A DNA stretch of 64,000 nucleotides from Dehalococcoidia bacterium (lineage in GTDB: Bacteria; Chloroflexota; Dehalococcoidia; DSTF01; JACRBR01), in contig JBBDXE010000032.1 of the NCBI GenBank assembly GCA_040902505.1, forward strand, positions 494,378-558,377, given 5' to 3'. This document shows, piece by piece, positions 1 to 10,081 of the stretch. Under the pieces are notes generated by a model that worked only from the letters and a program-made list of their open reading frames with translations, ran no database searches and was not told where the DNA came from. The translations under genes and the position numbers were made by a program. Position 1 is the first letter of the stretch. Each line of letters begins with the position of its first letter.

Positions 1-936
1 GACGCCGCCGTCGACGCCACCCGCGACGGCGCCGACCCGCCGCTGCTCGACGCCCTGCGCACGTGGACGGCGAAGCGCGGCCTCTCGCCCTCCGCCGACG
101 ACTGGACGCTCTGGTCGCACTTCGCGGCGCAGTTCTACGCCGCCGCCCCTGCCGATCTCGGCTCCGCGAAGTTCATCGAGTCCACGTACGACGGCGACGG
201 CGAGCGGCTGATGTACCGCCTCGTCGAAGGTTACTCGACGCTGATGGAGCGCATCGCCGGCGGCCTCGATGTGCGCCTCTCGACGCCCGTCCGCCGCATC
301 GAGTGGACGCCCGGCAGCGCCCGCGTGCGCACGGACGGCGAGACCTGGGACGCGGACCGTGTGATCGTCACCCTCCCGCTCGCCGTCCTCCAGTCCGGCG
401 ATGTCGAGTTCGACCCGCCGCTGCCGGAGGAGAAGCTCCGCGCCATCGGCGGGCTGGGCGCCGGCGCCACCGGCAAGATCATCCTCCGCTTCTACGAGCC
501 GTTCTGGCCGCCCGAGACGACGCTCATCTTTACCACGCACGACTCGCAGCTCTGGTGGCGTCCCGGCCGCTGCCGCGATGACGAGGCGCCCGTCCTCACC
601 GCGTTCTTCGGCGCCGCCGCGGTCGAGCGCTTCCGCGCCCTCGGCGAGGGCGCCCCTGCCGAAGCCCTCCGCCACCTCGAGGAGATCTTCGGCGTCCGAA
701 ACCTCGCGTCACGGCTGCATACCGCCCGCTTCGTCGACTGGCCCGCCGACCCCTGGGCGAAAATGAGTTACTCCTACACCCCGCCCGGCGCCACTGGCCT
801 GCGCGACAACCTCGCCGCGCCCGCCGGTTCCGCGCTGCACTTCGCCGGCGAAGCCACCAGCCGCCTCCGCCCCGCCACCGTCCACGGCGCCATCGAGTCC
901 GGCCTCCGCGCCGCCGCGGAGATCCTCGCCGCCTGA
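1..936 (+). CDS. Flavin monoamine oxidase family protein (5'-truncated by window)
   Basis: Frame open from base 1; motifs GYSTL, VIVTLPL, W..DPW..MSYS, LHFAGEAT...TVHGAIESG.RAA. Confidence 0.9.
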   Translation, partial: DAAVDATRDGADPPLLDALRTWTAKRGLSPSADDWTLWSHFAAQFYAAAPADLGSAKFIESTYDGDGERLMYRLVEGYSTLMERIAGGLDVRLSTPVRRIEWTPGSARVRTDGETWDADRVIVTLPLAVLQSGDVEFDPPLPEEKLRAIGGLGAGATGKIILRFYEPFWPPETTLIFTTHDSQLWWRPGRCRDDEAPVLTAFFGAAAVERFRALGEGAPAEALRHLEEIFGVRNLASRLHTARFVDWPADPWAKMSYSYTPPGATGLRDNLAAPAGSALHFAGEATSRLRPATVHGAIESGLRAAAEILAA

Positions 937-1138
937 CCACCCCCCCCCGCGTGTCCACAGCTTCTCCGTCCGCAACGCTCCACCCTGGCGCCCGGGATCG
1001 ACGCTCACGTCCGGCTCCTGCCCACCCATGCACAGACCGGGGTGCCTCCACCCCCCGGCGCTGGCCGTGGCGCGACGCTGCAAGGCGCGGCGGGCCGATA
1101 CTCATGTGCAGGCTACGCGACTAGGCGAGGAGACACCC

Positions 1139-2281
1139 ATGAAGCTCGAACAGACGTCGTTCACACAGGCAGCGGGGTGGCAGCCGGCCGCCCCCGGATC
1201 CCTGCCCGAAGCGGACCTCGTGCTCATCTTCGCGAGCACAGCACAACTGGAAGACGGGGCGTGCCTGACGGAGATCAACCAGGCGTACCCGGGAGCGTTC
1301 GTCTTCGGCTGCTCCACCGCCGGAGAGATCCACGGCACGCACGTCAGCGACGAGTCCGTCTCGGTCACAGCCGTCCGCTTCGAGCACACGCGAGTGCAGT
1401 ACGCGGGCATCCACATGTTCGAGGTGGGCGACAGCCTCGGCGCCGGCACGCGGCTGGCCGGGCTGCTGCCACACGAGGATCTCGTCCACGTCTTCGTCCT
1501 TTCGGACGGGCTGGCCGTGAACGGCAGCGAGCTGGTGAAGGGGCTCTCGGCCGCGCTCCCGCCCGGCGTCAGCATCACCGGCGGCCTCTCCGGCGACGGC
1601 GGCCGCTTCGAGAAGACGCTCGTCGTCCTGGGAGGCAAGGCCGAAGCCGACGCCGTCGGCGTCGTCGGCCTGTACGGCGGCGCGCTCACCGTCGGCTACG
1701 CCTCGCTCGGGGGGTGGGACTCCTTCGGTCCGGAGCGGCTCGTCACGCGCTCGGAGGGCAACGTCCTGTACGAGCTGGACGGCCGTTCCGCGCTGGACCT
1801 GTACAAACAGTACCTGGGCGAAGAGGCGAAGGGCCTCCCCGCGACCGGCCTCCTCTTCCCGCTGAGTCTGCGCATCGGTGAGGGCGATACCCCCGTCGTC
1901 CGGACGATCCTCGCCATCGATGAGGAGAAGCAGAGCATGACCTTCGCCGGCGATGTGCCGGAGGGCGCCTACGTGCGGCTCATGAAGGCCAACTTCGACC
2001 GCCTGATCGACGGCGCCGCCGGCGCCGCCCGCGCCACCCGCGCGACCGGCGGCCGTTCCTCGCCGGACCTCGCCATCCTCATCAGCTGCGGGGGGCGCAA
2101 GATGGTGCTCAAGCAGCGGGTCGAGGAGGAGGTGGAGGGCGTCCGCGACGTCCTCGGCGAACGCACCGCGCTCACCGGCTTCTACTCCTATGGCGAGATC
2201 TCGCCCTTCACCCCGAACGCCAGGTGCGAGTTGCACAACCAGACCATGACCATCACCACGTTCACGGAGCACGCAGCCTAG
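1139..2281 (+). CDS. FIST N/C domain (NosP-like) sensory protein
   Basis: GCSTAGEI, GGLSGD, LYELDG, SCGGR, GFYSYGEI, LHNQT motifs; GAGGAG RBS before ATG 1139. Confidence 0.9.
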   Translation: MKLEQTSFTQAAGWQPAAPGSLPEADLVLIFASTAQLEDGACLTEINQAYPGAFVFGCSTAGEIHGTHVSDESVSVTAVRFEHTRVQYAGIHMFEVGDSLGAGTRLAGLLPHEDLVHVFVLSDGLAVNGSELVKGLSAALPPGVSITGGLSGDGGRFEKTLVVLGGKAEADAVGVVGLYGGALTVGYASLGGWDSFGPERLVTRSEGNVLYELDGRSALDLYKQYLGEEAKGLPATGLLFPLSLRIGEGDTPVVRTILAIDEEKQSMTFAGDVPEGAYVRLMKANFDRLIDGAAGAARATRATGGRSSPDLAILISCGGRKMVLKQRVEEEVEGVRDVLGERTALTGFYSYGEISPFTPNARCELHNQTMTITTFTEHAA

Positions 2282-2292
2282 GAGCGTCGAGC

Positions 2293-4935
2293 ATGCACAG
2301 TCTGCTCCGGCGCCAGCTCCGGCGGCAGTCCATCGACCCGGAGTCGCCGCCGCCACACTTGGCGGGGTTCGTCCAGGCCGTCGGCGAGGCGTACGAGTCG
2401 TTCGACGCCGACCGCCTGATGCTCGAACGCTCGCTGGACCTCAGTTCGCAGGAGCTGCTCTCCGCCAACTCTGACATGCGCGCGGCCAGCCGGGTCCTGC
2501 GCGCCACGCTCGAGTCGACGGAGGATGGCATCCTCGTCGTCGACGGCGGCGGCAAGGTGATCTACGCGAACGAACGGATGGCCCGGCTCTGGCGGATCCC
2601 GCCTGACCTTCTCGCCGCGGGCGATGACGCCGCGCTCCTCGCCCACGTCCTCGACCAGCTCACCGAGCCGGACGCGTTCCTGGCCAAGGTAAACGAGCTG
2701 TACGCCAGCCTGGACGAGAGCATGGATTCGATCGCCTTCCGGGACGGCCGCGTGTTCGAGCGCTACTCGCGTCCGCTGCTCGAGCAGCGCGGCGGCGCCT
2801 CCGGGAGGGTCTGGAGCTTCCGGGATGTGACCGAACGGCGCCGGGCGGAGGAAGTCCTGCGCGAGAGCGAGCAGCGCTTCCGCACGCTGGTGCAGAACTC
2901 CTCTGACATGATCGTCATCGTCGACGAGACAACCACCCCGGTCTACGTCAGCCCGTCCGTCGAGCGGATCATGGGCTACACCCCGGACGTACTGCAGGAG
3001 CTGGGCGTGGTGCCGCTGCTCCATCCCGACGACCTGGAGCGGGGCTCCCAGTCGCTCGCCGGTGTCCTGGCCACCGAGGGCGTGCATCCGCCCACGGAAG
3101 TGCGCCTCCGGCACCGCGACGGATCCTGGCGTGACATTGAGCTGATCGCCAACAACATGCTGCACGACCCTACCGTCGGCGGCGTCGTCTTCAACGCGCG
3201 CGATGTGACGGACGGCAAGCGGGCGGAGATGGCGCTCCGCCAGAGCGAAGAGCGCTTTCGATCGCTCGTCCAGAACGGCTCGGACATCATCACCGTCATG
3301 AACAGCGACTACGTCATCACCTACCAGAGTCCATCCATCGAACGCGTACTGGGCCATCCCCCCGAGGCGACGATAGGCAAGCTGTTCACCCACGACATTC
3401 ACCCGGAGGATGTGGAGCTGGTCTTCAAGTTCGTCAGTGAAGGCCTGCACCGCGGCGGCGCGGCCGCCTCCGTCGAGGCGCGCGTCCGCCACGCCGACGG
3501 GTCCTGGCGTTACATGGAGTTCGTGGGCTCCGACCTGCGCCACGTGCCGGCGATCGAGGGCTTCGTCCTCATCGTGCGCGACATCACCGAGCGCAAGGAC
3601 CTGGAGCAGCAGCTACGGCACCAGGCATTCCACGATCCGCTCACCGGACTGGCCAACCGCGCGAGCTTCACCGACCGGATGGCGCACGCCCTCGCCCGCA
3701 CCACGCGCACGCATGCGCAGGTAGCCGTCCTGTACATGGACGTCGACAACTTCAAGTCCATCAATGACACGCTCGGGCATGACGCCGGCGATCGCCTCCT
3801 GATCGAGTTCGCACGAAGGACGGAACTCAACATCCGCCCCGGCGACACGGCGGCACGGCTTGGCGGCGACGAGTTCGCGCTGCTCCTCGAGGACCTGACA
3901 TCGCCCGCCGACGCGCTCGACGTCGCCGAACGGATCACCGGCCAGCTCCGCACGCCCTTCGACCTCGACGGCCGGGAAGCATTCGTGCAGGCGAGCATCG
4001 GCGTCGCCCTCAACGGAGTCGGGGAGACCAGCGTGGACGCACTGCTCCGGAATGCGGACGTGGCCATGTATGTGGCGAAGAGCCGCGGCAAGGCCCGGGT
4101 AGAGTTGTACGACGAGGGCATGCACGTCTCGATGCACCGGCGGATGCAACTGCTCGCGGACCTGCAACGGGCGCTGGAACGCGACGAGTTCCTGATCGAG
4201 TATCAGCCCGTCATCGAGCTGTCCTCCGAGAAGATCTCCGGCGTCGAGGCGCTGGTGCGATGGCGCCATCCTCAGCACGGCATCATCCCCCCGGCAGACT
4301 TCATCTCCCTGGCCGAAGAGTCCGGGATCATTCACGCCCTGGGGGCGTGGGTCCTCCGTACCGCCTGCTTCCAGATGCGGGCCTGGCACGACCAGTTCCC
4401 CGATCGCGCGAAGATGGACATGAGCGTCAACGTGTCGGGGCGCCAGCTCGTGCCGAGCTTCGTCGATGACGTGCGGCTGATCCTGGCGGAATCGCGGTTG
4501 GACCCGCCCCGGCTGGTGCTGGAAGTGACGGAGAGCGTGATGGTGGCCGAGTCTCCCGTCATGATCGCGCTGCTCACACAGCTCAAGTCACTCGGCCTCC
4601 GCCTCGCCATCGACGATTTCGGCGTCGGCTACTCATCCCTCAGCTATCTCCGGACACTCCCCTTTGACATCCTCAAGATCGACAAGTCGTTCGTCGACGA
4701 CACCGGATCCGACTCGGAGCAGGAACTCACCAGCGCCATCGTCGAGATCGCGAAGACGCTGAAGCTCGACCTCGTCGCCGAGGGGATCGAGCGGGTCGAC
4801 CAGATGCAACGCCTGGTGTCGCTCCACTGCCGCCTCGGCCAGGGCTTCTACTTCGCCGAGCCCATGTCGCCGGACGCGATCGCCGCGCTCCTCACCGAAG
4901 CCCCCGCATCCTCCGCCGAGCCCGAAGCGGCATGA
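2293..4935 (+). CDS. PAS-PAS-PAS-GGDEF-EAL diguanylate cyclase/phosphodiesterase
   Basis: Three PAS repeats, HDPLTGLANR, RLGGDEF, EALVRW, IDDFGVGYSSL; GGAG RBS before ATG 2293. Confidence 0.93.
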   Translation: MHSLLRRQLRRQSIDPESPPPHLAGFVQAVGEAYESFDADRLMLERSLDLSSQELLSANSDMRAASRVLRATLESTEDGILVVDGGGKVIYANERMARLWRIPPDLLAAGDDAALLAHVLDQLTEPDAFLAKVNELYASLDESMDSIAFRDGRVFERYSRPLLEQRGGASGRVWSFRDVTERRRAEEVLRESEQRFRTLVQNSSDMIVIVDETTTPVYVSPSVERIMGYTPDVLQELGVVPLLHPDDLERGSQSLAGVLATEGVHPPTEVRLRHRDGSWRDIELIANNMLHDPTVGGVVFNARDVTDGKRAEMALRQSEERFRSLVQNGSDIITVMNSDYVITYQSPSIERVLGHPPEATIGKLFTHDIHPEDVELVFKFVSEGLHRGGAAASVEARVRHADGSWRYMEFVGSDLRHVPAIEGFVLIVRDITERKDLEQQLRHQAFHDPLTGLANRASFTDRMAHALARTTRTHAQVAVLYMDVDNFKSINDTLGHDAGDRLLIEFARRTELNIRPGDTAARLGGDEFALLLEDLTSPADALDVAERITGQLRTPFDLDGREAFVQASIGVALNGVGETSVDALLRNADVAMYVAKSRGKARVELYDEGMHVSMHRRMQLLADLQRALERDEFLIEYQPVIELSSEKISGVEALVRWRHPQHGIIPPADFISLAEESGIIHALGAWVLRTACFQMRAWHDQFPDRAKMDMSVNVSGRQLVPSFVDDVRLILAESRLDPPRLVLEVTESVMVAESPVMIALLTQLKSLGLRLAIDDFGVGYSSLSYLRTLPFDILKIDKSFVDDTGSDSEQELTSAIVEIAKTLKLDLVAEGIERVDQMQRLVSLHCRLGQGFYFAEPMSPDAIAALLTEAPASSAEPEAA

Positions 4936-5027
4936 GTTGACATCGCGCCGCACCCCGCACGTGGCCGGACGCTGGGACCGGTGGTATACACTTCACCCCC
5001 AGACGCCACGCCGGGGGACGACGAAAC

Positions 5028-6737
5028 ATGAGCGGATACTGGCAGCGCTTCGCGGACATGCGCGTGTCGCGCCGGCGGATGCTCCGCGCGCTCGGGTCAG
5101 GCGCCGTCGCCGCCGGACTGATCCCCATCGCTGGCTGCAGCAGCGACTCCGGCGGCACCGGCGAATCGCGCGGCGCCCGCACCTCCACAACCACCACGCC
5201 CGACCGCCCGGATCTCCTCAACCCCGGCGGCATCCCCCGCAGCGGCGGCACCTTCATCACCTCCGAGGCGGCTGAATTCGGCACCTTCGACCCGCATCTC
5301 GGCATCGCCCTGGCCTCCGCGTACTTCCCCCGCGTCTACAACGTGCTCGTGAACCAGTCCGCGACGAAGCCCGAGTTCATCTACTTCGACCTCGCCTCCT
5401 CCCTCGAAACGCCCGATGAGCAGACCTTCATCTTCCACATCCGCCCCGGCGTGAAAGTCACCCCGAACAGCCTCGGCGTCCCCGAGCGCGACCTCGATGC
5501 CGAGGACGTGCGCGTCAACCTCGACCGCATCAGCAGCCTCCCCGCCGCCAACAACTACGCCTTCGTGCACGACTACATCGACTCCACCGTCGCCGAAGGC
5601 GACACCGTCACCATCCGCACCACCAGCCCCTACGCGTGGTTCCTGAACCGCATCGGCCTCTTCGTCAACACCATCGCCCCCCGCGAGCTGCTGACGGGCG
5701 ACCCCGCCCGCATGGCCCAGCAGGCGGCCGGCGCCGGCCCGTTCGTCCTCGCCTCCCTCCGCGAGGGCGAAGGCGGACGCTTCGAGCGCAACCCCAACTA
5801 CTACCGCACCGGCGAGTCGGACGGCGCCCGCCTCCCCTACCTCGACGCCATCGACCTGCGCGTGATCGTCGACCGCAGCACCGCCCGCACCGCCTTCGTC
5901 TCCGGCCAGATGCACCGCTACACCCCCTCCGACGCCCTCGAGGCCCAGGACCTCGCCAGCAAGTTCGTCATCCAGCGCGACCCCAACTTCTCCTACATCG
6001 CCTTCACCATGAACCCCCGCCAGAAACCCTTCGACGACCCCCGCGTCCGCCGCGCCTTCTCCCGCGCCATCGACCGCACGCAGTACGCCGACATCATCTA
6101 CGGCGGCGAAGCGAAGCCCGACGGGCTGGTGCACTGGTCCGTCGGCTCCTACGCCCTCGACCCGGACGAGCTGGCGACCACGTACCAGCCCTACGACGTC
6201 GAGGAGGCGCGCCGCCTCGTCGAGCAGGTCGGCGGCATCCGCGTGCGCATGATGTATCCCGCCGAGACGCTGCTGGAGGAGCACGACAAGCACCTCCCCA
6301 TCTTCCTCGAGCAGATGCGCGCCGCCGGCATCCAGATCGACTCCGAGCCGCAGGCCCTCCCCGCCTGGATCGACAACTATCGCGCCATCAACTACCAGTG
6401 CTCCCTCGCCCTCAACCAGTTCTACGAGACCCCGGAGATCCCCCTCGGCTTCCACACCCTCTCCGGCCCCCTCGCCGACGGCACCTACGTGCAGGGCCTC
6501 GGCGACCCCGAGATCGAGGCGGCGGTGAAGAAGTCCCGGGAGACGCTGGACATCAACGAGCGCATCCAGGCCGTCCACGACGCGCAGAAGATCATCTACG
6601 CCAAGGACCCGATGATGCTGCCGCTCGTCACGCCCTACACCTACCAGGCCTACTGGGACACCGTCCACGACATCCCCGCCGGCGTCGGCACCACCGCCTA
6701 CCTCCTCAACACCCTCTGGCTAGACCCCGGCGCCTGA
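5028..6737 (+). CDS. ABC transporter substrate-binding protein, family 5, Tat/lipoprotein signal
   Basis: SRRRML twin-Arg motif plus IAGC lipobox; GAGPF, RNPNYY, PFDDPRVRRA motifs; no permease nearby. Confidence 0.88.
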   Translation: MSGYWQRFADMRVSRRRMLRALGSGAVAAGLIPIAGCSSDSGGTGESRGARTSTTTTPDRPDLLNPGGIPRSGGTFITSEAAEFGTFDPHLGIALASAYFPRVYNVLVNQSATKPEFIYFDLASSLETPDEQTFIFHIRPGVKVTPNSLGVPERDLDAEDVRVNLDRISSLPAANNYAFVHDYIDSTVAEGDTVTIRTTSPYAWFLNRIGLFVNTIAPRELLTGDPARMAQQAAGAGPFVLASLREGEGGRFERNPNYYRTGESDGARLPYLDAIDLRVIVDRSTARTAFVSGQMHRYTPSDALEAQDLASKFVIQRDPNFSYIAFTMNPRQKPFDDPRVRRAFSRAIDRTQYADIIYGGEAKPDGLVHWSVGSYALDPDELATTYQPYDVEEARRLVEQVGGIRVRMMYPAETLLEEHDKHLPIFLEQMRAAGIQIDSEPQALPAWIDNYRAINYQCSLALNQFYETPEIPLGFHTLSGPLADGTYVQGLGDPEIEAAVKKSRETLDINERIQAVHDAQKIIYAKDPMMLPLVTPYTYQAYWDTVHDIPAGVGTTAYLLNTLWLDPGA

Positions 6738-6770
6738 CCCCCCCGCCATCGGTCAGGTAGATTGTCCAGC

Positions 6771-8279
6771 ATGGAGCTTGGCGACACTGTCCGCCTGGAA
6801 ATACGACCGTCGTCCTTTGTACGCGGTTCTCCGTTCACAGTCACCTTAAACGGCTTACCCGCTTCGCTTCGTAAGTCCATTTCCCACATTCAAGTAAACG
6901 TGGCTCATATCACGCCGGCTGCAACCACTTGGATATTGGGATCGGCAGGCGAGGTTTCCCGCCACGCCCGATCTATGAGCCTAACAGTCAGCCCCACGAA
7001 GACTCTTCCGCGCAGTGCCGTATTAGAACTACAAGACATCGAGCTACGCCACGGTCCTGAGCCATCCGACGCTGTCCTGAAACTGGTAGCTAGCCGGGAC
7101 TTCAAGAGAACGTTCTTCGAAACGCGCACCAAGCGCGCAACCCCCCGCACGACCGAGCAACTACGGTTGGCGGCTAGCCAGATCGAAGATGTACGGGCGA
7201 CGGACTTCGCGCGACCTCTGATAGCGCCAGGTGGGCAAAGGCTCGGCGGTGCCCAGTTCGAGATCTTTTCGTTCGTCAAGCGTTGTCTCATCACGCAGCA
7301 GTTTCAATTGCCCGGATTCGATATCGCGCCGCTTTCCGTGGGCTTGGCCTCGGTGGATGAAGTTGGTCTCGTCAATACCGTGCTGGCGCGTTCTCGTTGG
7401 ACGGCTCAGATCGACGAAAGCGCATGGATGCGCCGGAGCACAGAAGAGAACCCCGTGGTGTTGTTTCGCTTTCCTAGGGTCAATGCTACCGACGTGGACG
7501 AAGCGATCGCATTCGCCATCGACGTGCGCGACCGTGCGCTGGACCTCTTGGCACTGTATCGCGGAGCCCGCGGCGAACCCTTCGCAACTGCGGCACGAAA
7601 CACACGAACGGACGAGACCGAACTACGGGGCGAGTTTCCCATCTATCGAGGCAACCGCTTGGGGGGTGTCTTGGGAGGCGAGAGTACAACTGCGTTCATC
7701 GCGCATGCTGAAGCCATCAGTAGCAATCCACTCGCGTATCTGTTCGTCACTTTGTTTCGCGACGCCCAGGCGACTCGGTCGCCGGACTTTCAATACTTTC
7801 AGTACTTTGGTCTACTCGAAGTGATTGCGCGATCCCGTGTAGCCACCAACAAGGTCGTTGTGGACTTCAGCGGCTCACCTATCCTCGGGCTCAACGGGAA
7901 GCCGATGACGACAGATGGAGCCCAAGGCGCGGTCTACGACCTCTTGCGCGGCCGACTGCAATCCGCGAACTTTGTCGACGATACGTTTTCTGTCCCACAA
8001 GGCTCCCAGTTCTGGGACACTGTCATGGTCTGGTCAGCCTTTCGGAACGCTACCGCCCATTACGGCGGGTTCCGAAGGAACTCGCCCGAGCAAATATCGA
8101 AGTGGTGGTACCCGTTCGCGAACCAGGCGCGGTCATACGTTGAGTCGCAAAATCCCCCGAATACACCGCGTAGATTGCAGCACGATTCGTATCTATTCAC
8201 CCTTGCCAATCTCACCAAGATAATGGTCGAGGCCGAGGTGAGTCTTGCGGCTACACCCTACCGACCGGCTACTCGCTAG
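6771..8279 (+). CDS. Hypothetical protein with C-terminal HEPN-like (ApeA/MauJ-type) domain
   Basis: Visibly lower GC than neighbours; QYFQYFGLLE helix and Rx4H motif RNATAH. Confidence 0.55.
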   Translation: MELGDTVRLEIRPSSFVRGSPFTVTLNGLPASLRKSISHIQVNVAHITPAATTWILGSAGEVSRHARSMSLTVSPTKTLPRSAVLELQDIELRHGPEPSDAVLKLVASRDFKRTFFETRTKRATPRTTEQLRLAASQIEDVRATDFARPLIAPGGQRLGGAQFEIFSFVKRCLITQQFQLPGFDIAPLSVGLASVDEVGLVNTVLARSRWTAQIDESAWMRRSTEENPVVLFRFPRVNATDVDEAIAFAIDVRDRALDLLALYRGARGEPFATAARNTRTDETELRGEFPIYRGNRLGGVLGGESTTAFIAHAEAISSNPLAYLFVTLFRDAQATRSPDFQYFQYFGLLEVIARSRVATNKVVVDFSGSPILGLNGKPMTTDGAQGAVYDLLRGRLQSANFVDDTFSVPQGSQFWDTVMVWSAFRNATAHYGGFRRNSPEQISKWWYPFANQARSYVESQNPPNTPRRLQHDSYLFTLANLTKIMVEAEVSLAATPYRPATR

Positions 8280-8345
8280 GGCCTATCGCTCGGGCACTCG
8301 GAGCACGGCTTGGTCTGGTCATGATGTACATGCCTGAGCACACTC

Positions 8346-8375
8346 TTGACACTCACCCCCCACCACCCTTAACCT
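8346..8375 (+). promoter_or_regulatory. sigma70-type promoter of the TetR/steroid operon
   Basis: TTGACA (8346-8351), 18 nt spacer, TAACCT (8370-8375). Confidence 0.5.
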
Positions 8376-8387
8376 CTCCCTCACCAC

Positions 8388-9065
8388 ATGGTAGTGAAAC
8401 CACCCACCAACGGTCAGGAACGCGCCTCCCGGCCCGCCCGGCGCCGCGCCATCCTCGACGCCGCCACCACCCTCTTCGCCGACCGCGGCTTCGCCGCCGT
8501 CTCCGTCCAGGAGATCGCCGACGCCGCCCGCACCCACAAGACCACCGTCCTCTACCACTTCGCCACCAAGGACGCCCTCCACGAAGAGGTGCTCGACGAA
8601 GCGCTCGGCCGCATCGCCGAGGTCATGGACGAGTTCCTCGGCGGCGAGTTCCGCCGCGAGCGCGTCGCCTACATGCTCGACCAGATCCAGGCCTTCTTCG
8701 CCGAGCACCGCGCCCTCGCCCGCATCCTCGAGCGCGAGCTGCTGGAGTCGTCGGGACCGGAGGCGTACCTGTCCCGCTTCGTCGAGCCCATCTACGTCCC
8801 CGCCGTCGCCACGCTGGAGCGCGCGATGAAGGCCGGCGTGATCCGCCGCATCGACCCCGCGCTCTTCATCCACGACGTGCACGTGCAGCTCATCGGCTAC
8901 TTCTGCCACGGGCCGCTGATCGAGCGCCTGCGCCCGGGCGACCCCTTCTCCATCGAGGCGCTCATCGCCCGCCGCGATCACCTGGTCGACCAGATCTTCC
9001 ACCAGCTCACCATCGACGACGAGAAGCTGGCACAGCTCACAGCTACCGCCGGAGGGACATCATGA
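8388..9065 (+). CDS. TetR/AcrR family regulator
   Basis: ILDAATTLFADRGF..VSVQEIADAA.....VLYHF.TKDAL helix-turn-helix. Confidence 0.92.
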   Translation: MVVKPPTNGQERASRPARRRAILDAATTLFADRGFAAVSVQEIADAARTHKTTVLYHFATKDALHEEVLDEALGRIAEVMDEFLGGEFRRERVAYMLDQIQAFFAEHRALARILERELLESSGPEAYLSRFVEPIYVPAVATLERAMKAGVIRRIDPALFIHDVHVQLIGYFCHGPLIERLRPGDPFSIEALIARRDHLVDQIFHQLTIDDEKLAQLTATAGGTS

Positions 9066-10081
9066 CCATGACCATCGACGCCGAAACCGCACGCTTCCCC
9101 GGCGCCCCGGAGGGCTACCGCTTCGAGATCCCTCCGTTCCCCAACGGATGGTTCCAGGTCGCCTACAGCGACGAGCTGGAAGTCGGCGGCGTCACGCCGC
9201 TCCAGTATTTCGGCACCGACCTCGTGCTCTTCCGCGACGCATCCGGCGCCGCCCACGTCCTCGACGCGTACTGCCCCCACCTCGGCGCGCATCTCGGCTA
9301 CGGCGGCGTCGTCGAGGACAACTGCATCCGCTGCCCCTTCCACGCCTGGCGCTTCGACGGCGAGGGCCACTGCGTCGACGTGCCCTACGCGAACAAGATC
9401 CCGCCCCTCGCCCGCCTCGACGCCTGGCCCGTCTACGAGGCGAACGGCCTGATCATGGTCTACCACCACATGGAGAAGAAGCAGCCCGCCTGGACCCCGC
9501 CGCAGCTCTCCGAATACGGCTCCGATTCGTGGACCGAATACACCCGCCGCCGCTGGAAGATCCGCACCCACAACCAGGAGATGGCCGAGAACGGCGTCGA
9601 CTCCGCTCACTTCAAGTACGTCCACGGCACGCCGGAGCAGCCCCAGACCCGCGCCGAGATGGACGGCCACATCTTCCGCGTCCGCTCGCCAGTCCAGTAC
9701 ACCACCCCCCAGGGCGCCATCGAGGGCCAGATCGCCTCCGACTCCTACGCCTTCGGCTTCAGCCTCGTGCGCTTCACCGGCATCGTCGAGACGCTCATCG
9801 TCTCCTCCGTGACGCCCATCGACGGCGAGTACGTGGACGTCCGCTTCTCCTTCACCACGAAGAAGCTCGGCAACGAAGCCGCCACCGCCAACGTCGCCAG
9901 GGCCTTCATCGCCGAGATAGAGCGACAGCTCGGACAGGACATCCCCATCTGGGAGCACAAGGTGATGAAGATGCGCCCCATCCTCTGCGATGGCGACGGC
10001 CCCATCGGCCTCTTCCGGCGCTGGTGCAAGCAGTTCTACCTGCCCGAGCCGAACGGATCGCAGGGGGCGGGAGAGAACTGA
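9062..10081 (+). CDS. Rieske oxygenase, KshA/cholesterol-7-desaturase-like
   Basis: FPNGWF, CPHLGAHL...CPFHAW Rieske motif, ENGVDSAHF..VH iron site, DIPIWEHK, CDGDGPI; ATGA overlap with TetR stop. Confidence 0.88.
   Translation: MTMTIDAETARFPGAPEGYRFEIPPFPNGWFQVAYSDELEVGGVTPLQYFGTDLVLFRDASGAAHVLDAYCPHLGAHLGYGGVVEDNCIRCPFHAWRFDGEGHCVDVPYANKIPPLARLDAWPVYEANGLIMVYHHMEKKQPAWTPPQLSEYGSDSWTEYTRRRWKIRTHNQEMAENGVDSAHFKYVHGTPEQPQTRAEMDGHIFRVRSPVQYTTPQGAIEGQIASDSYAFGFSLVRFTGIVETLIVSSVTPIDGEYVDVRFSFTTKKLGNEAATANVARAFIAEIERQLGQDIPIWEHKVMKMRPILCDGDGPIGLFRRWCKQFYLPEPNGSQGAGEN

Noticed and set aside
940-948. C9 homopolymer as a phase-variation tract
   Set aside because: Intergenic, directly after a stop codon, and not within an evident promoter.
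8280-8420. KstR operator (TnnAACnnGTTnnA) before the steroid operon
   Set aside because: No convincing match found.
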